From Octopus sinensis (Eukaryota): a DNA stretch of 64,000 nt. The first letter of the stretch is position 1. Each line of letters starts with the position of its first letter. The DNA lies in assembly GCF_006345805.1 (NCBI RefSeq), contig NC_043003.1:93744001-93808000 (forward strand). The letters are read 5' to 3'. The notes below the pieces were generated by a model that saw only the letters and a list, made by a program, of their open reading frames with translations, did not search any database and had not been told where the DNA came from. Made by a program: the position numbers and the translations under genes. Shown piece after piece: positions 54,369-64,000 of the stretch.

Positions 54369-54428
54369 ATTACACTGATGATAGAAAAAGGGATTGCCCC
54401 TTAATCTTGAAATCAATTGATATGTAAT
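54369..54428 (+). ncRNA. Minimal type-I hammerhead ribozyme (candidate)
   Basis: attaca-CTGATGA-t[aga..aaggg attgc ccctt..tct]t-GAAA-tcaattga-TA|tgtaat: 6-bp stem I, intact core, palindromic stem III, predicted cleavage after 54422. Confidence 0.75.
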
Positions 54429-55305
54429 TGAACTGTTTCATGAATCTGTTTCGTTTATTTGCACGAGTACGACGCGTGTTATTTTTTTATGGTGATATGT
54501 TAGGCAGTTTTCAGACATTAGCGTCTCCTTCTAGCAAGCAGTTGGACTCGTAATCGTACGTATTCGCTTCTGATATATATTTTTATATACCAATTTATAA
54601 AATGATTAATTTTACCTTTACCGGTTGATTGCATGCTAGCTACCTGAGATAAAATCTAACGTAGATTTTATTTTCAATTTATATATATATAATAAATGAG
54701 ATAGAGACAGAAAATGGAATATACGAGAAACATTATTACACATAATGATCGTTTCGACCCATCCTGCATCTATCTCTCGCGGGTGAGATACTGTAAAATA
54801 GAACGCGATGCATCCCTCGGTACAGAGTAGTCTCGTCAGGTGATGCTATAAGGGGTATCTCGTTAAATAGACCCTGTTTTGCTCGGTTTTAATACAACAT
54901 GTTGTTAGTGACGGTAGTTTTAAACCGTTGGGCACGAATGGCTAGGGACAGATTCAGTTGCGATGTTGCAGACGCTTGTCTACATTCTTTTTAGTAGTAA
55001 ATCAAAGAAAAATAAAAAGAACAAGAGAAATAAAATATACAATAAAGAAAAAAATTATATGCTTGAGTACACACCTAGATTTACTTGTGTAGCCACAGTT
55101 GTGGTTCTGTGTACACACACTCATATGCGCAGTTAAATAGATATCATTAAACTCTTTGTTGCTGTATTCCCACCCATAGGATATTATAGATATGATTTGC
55201 AATATTCTTAGATTTTAAGGGGAGTGTTAATACATGTGTTCGTTTCTTGTGAAAGATGGGAACAATAAGCGGTAGCCGGAATAAATAGCATAAGTGAACT
55301 TTGGA

Positions 55306-55381
<76 letters not shown>

Positions 55382-55744
55382 TCCTTGCAGCGAGGCAGAC
55401 ACATGTTAGCCATTCAGAAACACACAAAGGCTGTTAACTCCACTTAAACATTTTCTATTTGTAAAAAGTGTCAAAATTTTTGTCACACAACATTGTCAGA
55501 TACCAGATCTGTGTTTCGGGCGACGAAAATTTTGACACAGTATTACAAACAATAAATTTTTCAGTGAAATTAACAGTCTTTTTGTGTTTGGATTGCGGTA
55601 TGGATACCCGCGTCTTCATGCTGCAATCGTATAAGTCTCAACTCACGGTCTCAGATCAATACACTTGCCATACAAGTACATCTCCATCATATATATATAT
55701 ATATATATATATAACACACACACACATATATACACACACACACA

Positions 55745-55828
<84 letters not shown>

Positions 55829-56219
55829 ATACATATTCACATAACTTGATATATACATATTTATATCTAGCTATCTGTGTGTGTATATAAATATGTATAT
55901 ATCAGGTTATATATATATATAAACACAGAATAAATTGTATTTACTATTTATTTATTTTACACATACACTCACACACGTATATACATACATATCTTAACGA
56001 TACAATTTGTATATATATATATTTACGATTTATAGATAGTTTACTATTTTAAAATATGCGTGGTTGTGTGGTAAAAAGCTTTCCTCTCAACCACATCGTT
56101 CCGGGTTCAGTTCCACTGCGTGGCATCTTGGGCACGTGTCTTTACTATAGTCTCAGGCCAACCAAAGCCTTGTGAGTGGGTTTGGTAGATCGAAACTGAA
56201 GGAAGCCCATCCTTCCCTT

Positions 56220-58260
56220 AACGAGAGGATATTATAAAATTTTGTAACAGTAAGGATAAGATTAAATGCGACAATATTAATACCTAAGAAGTAATGTTAG
56301 TAATGAATGCATAATTAATTCTTCTAATGTACAAGGGGAAACAATTCCTATTAAATCCCATCCGAACCTGAAGAACAGTAGTAAAGTAGTAAATAACCAC
56401 CATACTGAAAAATGGTGTAAATCAAAATGGTGTAAATCAAAACAGTAATATGAATAGGAAGGAAAACATAGATTGTGGTTGCAAAGTTATAAATAACTGT
56501 TTGTTTTATAATTATTGTAAGCAAAGAAATGTAGCATATAGATGTAGAGTGAAATCTGAAGGTAAGAATTTCTTTTACATCGGTGCAACTGAAAACTTTA
56601 TCAAAAAACGCATCGCTAATCGCAATTACACCTTTAATAATAAAAACAAGTCATCTAATAGCCTTAATAAATTTATTTGGGACTTATAGGACAAAAAAAT
56701 TGTTTATTCTAGAGTGGGAAATAATAAGCAAGGCCGGTGCCTACAAAATAGGAAATGCCTATTGGTTTCTTTGTGTGGAAGAATTATTCAAAAATCCTAA
56801 ATTCTAGACGGAGACTCCTTAACAAGAGGGCGGGCTATTATGTGTTCACACCTGTAAATATGTTTTCAAAATCTACCATTAAACTGAATATGATGTAAAG
56901 AATACTAGGACTATAAATTAGGTGGTATTTTAGTATTAATGTATTACAAATTGTAACTAAAAAGATTAGATAATTCTTAGTAGATATCTTATTAGAACAT
57001 AAAATAAATGGTAAATATAAATATAAGGTTTTATTTACGAGTAACTGTATTATATAAAGGTTGTTAGGACGTTAATTTAAGTACGTACCTCAGGAATCTG
57101 GGATTATTATTTATAAAGTAACAGGTAATTTTAGACTAAAGATACTACGTATTAATTTACGAATGGTTTTAATTTTTCTTAATTTTGATTTGTTAACGTT
57201 AATGCTTTCTTCAATTATAATCGTTGCTATCTATTCTCACTATTATAAATAAATATATTGTGTACATATATGTTAGGCGGCGAGCTGGCAGAAACATTAG
57301 GACACCGGGCGATATGCTTAGCGGTATTTCGTCTGTCTTTACGTTCTCAATTCAAATTCCGCCGAGGTCGTCTTTGCCTTTCATCCTTTCGGGGTTGGTA
57401 AATTAAGTACCAGTTGCGTACTGGAGTCGATGTAATCGACTGGATCTCTACCCCTAAATTTCGGGCCTTGTGCCTAGTGTAGAAAAGAATATTTAACTTT
57501 GCTAAATAGTAAGCAGTTTTGATTCCTCATCGTCCAGTAACTTCCAACACATTAACAAACGCACGCACGTAACATATGCGTAACTACAGTTTAAGAAAAA
57601 AAAATAATAATGATAATTTATTATTTAGCTGTAATTAGTAGAGATTATAATTGGGTGAATTATAACATATTTTTAAAGTGATTAAATACTTTACTGACAT
57701 TTCGATTTATCATAATTTATAATGTAAATTAGGAATACCGCTTTAATTAATAGGTAAAGCAATCGTATTGAAATATTGTTTAAGCAAACTAACGGATACT
57801 TTCGTTTCTCAACACATCACATGCACACGCGAACAAATGCATAAACAAATTTGCATATACGTATATAGAAATAACGGTTGCTAAAACGAACATATCTGAG
57901 TGTAACAAGAATCAAACAGCTCATTGGAATGTAACGCCTTTATATCAAATTCTTCCCCTGACGAAACGCCCAATTAACGATATTCAGTATGGGAACTTAT
58001 TTTAGTTTAATCTAATTTAATTTCTTAAATTGAATTGGTTGGGCATGGAAAGAACTGTAGGTGCAATGGAGCTGATATTGTTCGGAATTGAATATGTTCT
58101 AATAATTAATGTCTATATATCAATTTCTCCGTTTTCGTTTTCTCATACAAAAATGGTAATATACCCATATCCAGTAATGTGAAACTAATATCTTTAGTTT
58201 TTCTCTGATACACTGGATAAAACCAGGGAACTTGGATGCCGACATCCCTCTAAGAGGATT
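56220..58260 (+). mobile_element. Penelope-like element 3' part (CxC linker + GIY-YIG + AT-rich tail)
   Basis: DCGCKVINNCLFYNYCKQRNVAYRCRV...FYIGATENFIKKRIAN...LNKFIWDL, LEWEIISKA; SINE inserted at 57276-57490; hammerhead-like motif at 57955-58063. Confidence 0.8.
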
Positions 58261-59415
58261 TTGTAACTTTGCTTTGATTTAATTATATATATATATATTG
58301 TGTGTGTGTGTGTGTGTTTGTGCCCCAGCCACCGCTTGACAATCGATGCTGGTATGTTTATGTCCCCGTAACTTAGCGGTTCGACCAAAGAAAGCGATTG
58401 AATAAGTACGAGGCTTACAAAGAATAGGTCGTTTTGGGGTCGATTTCTTCGACTTTAAAGTGGTGCTCCAATATGGCCACAGTCAAAAGAATGAACCAAG
58501 TAAAAGAATTAAGCAACACAATTTAAATATATTTACTATATACTATACCAGATAAAAGTATATATGCTATACAATTTTTATTATATATATTTATTATGCA
58601 ATTTAGTTCTGTACCATCACAAACTGATACAACTTTAGGTATAAGTAATTTTAAACATAAGTAAATTCAATCTCCAAATCCTCCATTTCATGAACCAGTA
58701 AGTCTAAGTACTTCATTATTTCATAAAAACTTCTTTTAGATGTTCATTGATGTGTCTTAATATTCTTGCCATTACGTAAATTGCTCTAGAATTTTTATTT
58801 CTAATACAAACAAATGATGTACTAAATTTTCTTTCTGTTTAATGTTTTCATTACAGAGCACTTTTATAATCACGTATTACACCTAATTTGTTGAGTTCTT
58901 TTGTTGAACTCGATTGAGATGAGTTAAAGTGTTCTCTGTTATGTTCATGCAAATCTTTTTACTACATACACACATACACAAACACCCACACAGACACACA
59001 CGCTCACATATAAACAAACTCAGTATACGTTGACCGATCTTCCGAACAATCACAGCCAAAGCAAACGTCAGGGCGATGTCATCTATCAGTTATATACTCA
59101 TTGAATCAGTGGAAAAGTAATGGCATTAGTCGAGATCAAGTCGTGTAGCAACACAAAACTTTAACATTACTTGAATCATAATGTCAATGACAGTATACTT
59201 GCCTCTGGAATCTCGCTGGATGGAGTACGAGTGATTAATACTGAGATCACAGCAATTTTGATAGGATATGATATTGCAGTATACACCAAGATTGACTATT
59301 TAATGTAGTATCAAACGTATCCTGCAGGCTTTATTCTCCAGAATTTGACAGATCATACATTATATCTTGAGAATATATCAGAGCAGTTTAATGTTGTAAC
59401 CAGTGATGAGATATA

Positions 59416-60664
59416 CGAGAGGTGTTCATTAAAGATTTCTCCTGACCTCCTTCCGGTTATTGAAGGAATCGAAACTTGTACAGGTATAATCATACATGTC
59501 TCTACATGTCACATTGTAAATTGTAGCTTTCCACTAGTATTTATTTGTCTTTTACGGCTGCTGAAGTGGACTAATGTAGTTCAGTGATCAGGTTATTATA
59601 CTTGAAAGGTCGTACACCAAAAGAGACTTTAGATGAGATGAAAGAAGTTTCTAGTGATGATGCACCATCATACGACGAAGTTAAGCACTGGCATTGCCAG
59701 TTCAAATGTGGTCGGACATCGGTGGAAACTGTTCCTATTCCTGGGCGACAACATTCCGCCATTGATGACGACACCATTCATAAAGTGGAAGTCACCTTTT
59801 GGGAGGATCACTACATAACTATTCAGAAACTAGCCCAAGAAGTGAAGATAAGTGTAGGGTCCGTGGAAAAAAATCATTCATAACCATTTGCACATGCGGA
59901 AGTTGTTTACACGATGGATTCTCCGGATGCTAACACCTTTTCAGAAGCAGGAACGAGTCAATTGCTCCCAACCTCTTTTGGCAAGAAAACGAGGGAGGAC
60001 CTTTTCTGCAAACTTATCACACGGGATGAAACGTGGATCCATCACTATGACCCTGAGACTAAAGTCCAGTCGAAGTAATGGAAACATTATAATTCACCAC
60101 CTCCAAAGAAGGCTCGTGTTCAACCCTCAGCAGGCAAGGTGATGCTCACAGTGTTTTGGGACCAGCGCGGAGTAGTGAGGATGGATTTTCTAGCAAAGGC
60201 ACCACAATTATGCTTCTCTACGGCAGAAATTGCAGAACGCCATCAAAGCAGAGAGGCATGGCATACTGATCAAAGGAGTCCGCTTCCTCCAAAACAATGC
60301 CCCAGTTCAGAATGCGCATGTTGCCCAGATGAAAGCACATTCCAGCGGCTATGAAATCTTTCCTCATCCTCCTGGCTCTCCCGATCTCGCCTCATGTGAC
60401 TTCCACCTCTTTTCAACCATGAAGTATTTTTTGAAGGGGAAGCACTTTTCGGATGAAGGTGAACTTAATTCCGCGGTAAAGTCTTGGTTCCAGGCACAAC
60501 CTACCGACTTCTGCAGATGAGGTCATTACAGCTGCATAAAGCAATGAAAGAAATGTGTCACCATTAGTGGTGGCTATGTAGAGAAGGACTAATAATTATG
60601 CTAAGTTTCGTTTATCCCAGTCCTTGGGAAGTGGGTCAGGGGAAATCTTTAATGAACACCCCAG
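59416..60664 (+). mobile_element. Full-length mariner (DD34D) with decayed transposase
   Basis: TIRs ggtgttcattaaagatttcYcctgacc at both ends, TA on both sides, 1249 bp; ITRDETWIHHYDPE, NNAP...HPPGSPDLASCD with 34-residue spacing; stops and frameshifts. Confidence 0.93.
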
Positions 60665-60889
60665 TAAGTTTTGTTAATTTATGCATCACTGTAGTATATG
60701 CACTTGATTAGCTTGTCATGGCATTTAAGCAATTAAAATCGTGTATTTTTTTTTTAAATTTTAATCATCTGCGTTAGAAATATAATCAATAATTCAATAT
60801 CTGCGTGAATTAAAAAAAAATTGATATTTAAGCTAATTTAGCCAAATCTCTCAACTGAAAAAAACTATTATAAGACTAATTTCTGTGTA

Positions 60890-60974
<85 letters not shown>

Positions 60975-63278
60975 AATAATCTGCTCTAGCAGGGTATGAG
61001 GTAACCTAGTCTGTTTTATGCCCTGGGATAGTTCAGTTTATAACCGAATGTATAAACAAGCTAGCTCATATTTTCCTCGAGCGGAGGCATACTCGTATTT
61101 CTGGCTGACGCATCAGGGACTGTGTGCAGGAAAATTGCGCCGGGAGAAAAGTAGTTACTTGCTCGGACAAGTCGCCCACACACACACATACACGCGCGCG
61201 CAAGCAAGCACACTTATATAAAGCTAAATATTTTCCATATCCTTACTATTGTTCACATAATTAATATTTGTCGTACATAATTCTTCCGGAATTTTCCGTA
61301 TATTTTCGTTAAATTGTGATCTTGTCTCGTGTAACAATATATATTAATACACTGTTCAACGTCTCATTGTATCAATCCTTTCTTGTCTTCCTGTCTTTAG
61401 TACACTATTCCCTAGTAGAATTATATTTAAATCTAGTGGCTCACTTGAAGCTAACGATCCTGACGCTAACCGTGCCGAAATTGCTACGAGCTTTAATCGT
61501 CTGCTGTTGAAGGGAAACTTAAGTCCTTATTTGTGGTTTTCCATGTCCTATTTGTTTGGCTTGTTCATTGCAGTTAATTCTTTTTTATTATTTGGAGTAT
61601 ATTGGAACGTACATTTTTGCAGCATATTATTATACGTATTATCTCTTTGTGACCGTCTTTCTTTATTATTCGAACCTTTGTTCCCTTTTATATATTAATA
61701 ATTTAAATCTGACTACCCTTTATTTCCCATCGTTCTGGTTTTTTTCGTTCCTTTCGCTCAGGGGCCAATGATGGCAAAATAACTATAATTTCTTGAGCGT
61801 TAACGTCCTGTACGTTGTCCCCGCTTGCTGGACGCCATTTTGTCAGTGTTTGGTGTTAGATTTGGTCTGTTTGTTTTTACTTCTGAGATGTAAAGTGGTT
61901 TAGTTGGTTAGTTGTTGAAAATTAATTGCCAGCAGTTGTACTATTTTGGGATTGTAATCCACCCATATTCTTTAATGCCAAAGGCTATATAGTAGCACTG
62001 TCATCTCACAGCCAAGCTCATGCGGTTCTTCAATGTTTACTTTTGTCTCACTTAATAATTAGTAGCTGAATTCCACAGCTCCATATTCAGTGTTGGATCT
62101 ATCTTTTGGAGGCCGTGAAACTTGAATTGCATTGGTAGTACCTTTCGAAACCAGTGACAATGTGCGATAGATCTTGCTGTATTTGCAATGAACTCAAGGG
62201 TGGAATCAGAGTGCAGAGAAGTCCTTGAAAATAAGATCAAGCAGTGAATTTCCTCCTTCAGAGATTAAAATAGCCATGATTGCTTAGCTCTCATATCCAT
62301 TGTCCGGTTCCAAAGTTTCCTGAATGAAAACATTTTATACTTTACAATTTTAGGGTTATGGGGGAATTAAAATAAACGTATTCTTAAATACATGTTTGAA
62401 ACATCATAGAATGACGAAATAAAACCTTACAAAACCCCAGCTAATATAAACTTTTATCCTAAACAGTTTTATGAATACTTACTCAAAGAAGCATATTTAC
62501 AAAATACTATTTTCCCCCCAGAGTCATATTCATGTACAGTTTTGTCAAAAGAGGGAGTTTCTTTGCAATGACAATTTCTGGCGACAACATGGATAGTGAA
62601 GTTAAGAACCCTTAAATCATGGTAGACGGAAATTTATTCATTAAAAAGGACTTAGAGGATTTCCTTTCTCCTTCATAGCTCGTGACAGGCATTGCCAAAT
62701 ATTGACACATTGACAAAATTTTCTGAGTAATACGATCGCATACATTTAAGATTGCCTTCATTAATTTAACCCATACCGAAAGGCACTTGAAATTTTACTG
62801 GTCAAGTGCCTTACGTAAATGGATTACCAAAAACTTCTATCCTAAACATGTCACCTCCTCTCGAAGAAACATTATTTTGGCATGTAAGGGTGACAACTCA
62901 AGGTATGTTTCACTCTTATTTTAAGCTAATGTACAAAACGTCGTCGTCGTACTTCACTTGGCCAAAGTAGTGATGAGACATGTCAAAGCAACGATTACAA
63001 AGTAAATAACTTACAAGATTGCTTTGAACTTTACTTATTATTGAACTTTATTTGTCTAGTGATTGTTTTATTCTTTTACTCCTTTCATGATTCAGAAATA
63101 CATTTATTCCTTGTCAAATATTTTACAATTTACTTATTTACTTTTCTTTTCCTTTCTACAGAAAGCTAACTGTAATTTTACGACCGTATATAATACAATT
63201 TACCATAAAATTCTATTTTATTAACTACTAAATCGTATTTTCTATTTATTGCACATTCTGTACTGTTCTATCTTTCTT

Positions 63279-63411
<133 letters not shown>

Positions 63412-64000
63412 ATGTATGTCTCTCTGTCTGTCTATGGATCTCTGTATATGTGCGTATTTGTGTGTATATGTGTGTGCATGTTTGTATATATATATATATA
63501 TGACACATTTGTATTATGTATGCATATATGTATGTAAGTATGTATTGCAATTGTTGTTGTTGTTGTTGCTAGTGGTGATGGTTGTGTTCTGTAGCTGGTG
63601 TTACTGGCGTTGAAGTTGTAGCTGCTGCTATATCGTTTCCATTGACTGGATTTTGTTATTGGTTAGTCTCACATCAGCTCTGATGGAGTAAATATGATCA
63701 AAGGCACACTTCAGAGTACGTACATACATACATACATACATGCATACCCATGTATACATACATACATACATATATACATATATATATTGAATTTTAATAT
63801 TATAAATGATACCTGCACCCGGTTACCCTACTTATATGAAAATAGCCCTTGGAAATAATTTTTTGAAAAAGCTTTTTAAGAGAGATATGATTAACCCTTG
63901 CAAGGGGAATTACTCCCATTAGGCGAATGGTGTTTTGTTTTGACGACGTGAGGTTTTTTTGACAAAGCATGATTAGACGAACACACGAACACATAAAATA

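Larger units (their letters stand above)
53170..54680 (+). repeat. ~178-bp direct repeats (53170-53347, 54501-54680) defining a ~505-bp tandem unit
   Basis: Both copies read taggYagttttca.acattagcgtctcc...gattgcatgctagctacctga...gattttattttcaattt. Confidence 0.9.

Noticed and set aside
59584-60520. Domesticated or active mariner gene (SETMAR-like)
   Set aside because: Multiple stops and frameshifts, second catalytic D mutated to N, and TIRs intact: a dead transposon copy.
61095-61125. CTGATGC...GAAA (minus strand) and CTGACGC...GAAA (61460-61480) hammerhead-like strings
   Set aside because: Core A9 is missing and I could not form convincing stems I and II.

Overview
Eukaryotic, AT-rich, repeat- and microsatellite-dense animal DNA; the SINE repertoire and microsatellite load suggest an octopus (coleoid cephalopod), which is an inference. 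The left half (468-30295, minus strand) holds the first 12 coding exons of GNPTAB (GlcNAc-1-phosphotransferase alpha/beta). I assembled these by hand with consistent splice phases; they include a 16-kb first intron with a non-canonical GC donor, and the gene continues beyond position 1. The right half is gene-free transposon debris: Tx1/L1, RTE, RLE-type and Penelope-like retroelements, maT, Tc1, mariner and hAT DNA transposons, a Helitron end, MITEs and SINEs; the introns also hold CR1 and Tigger remnants. The most notable unannotated signal is a set of minimal type-I hammerhead ribozyme motifs. The best one (54369-54428) lies in a ~505-bp tandem unit that resembles a retrozyme or Penelope pseudo-LTR and was later interrupted by an RTE insertion. 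Other notable items are an inverted SINE pair flanking a symmetric GNPTAB exon and a ~135-bp-arm intronic hairpin. Most ORF-track entries are microsatellite or repeat artefacts.
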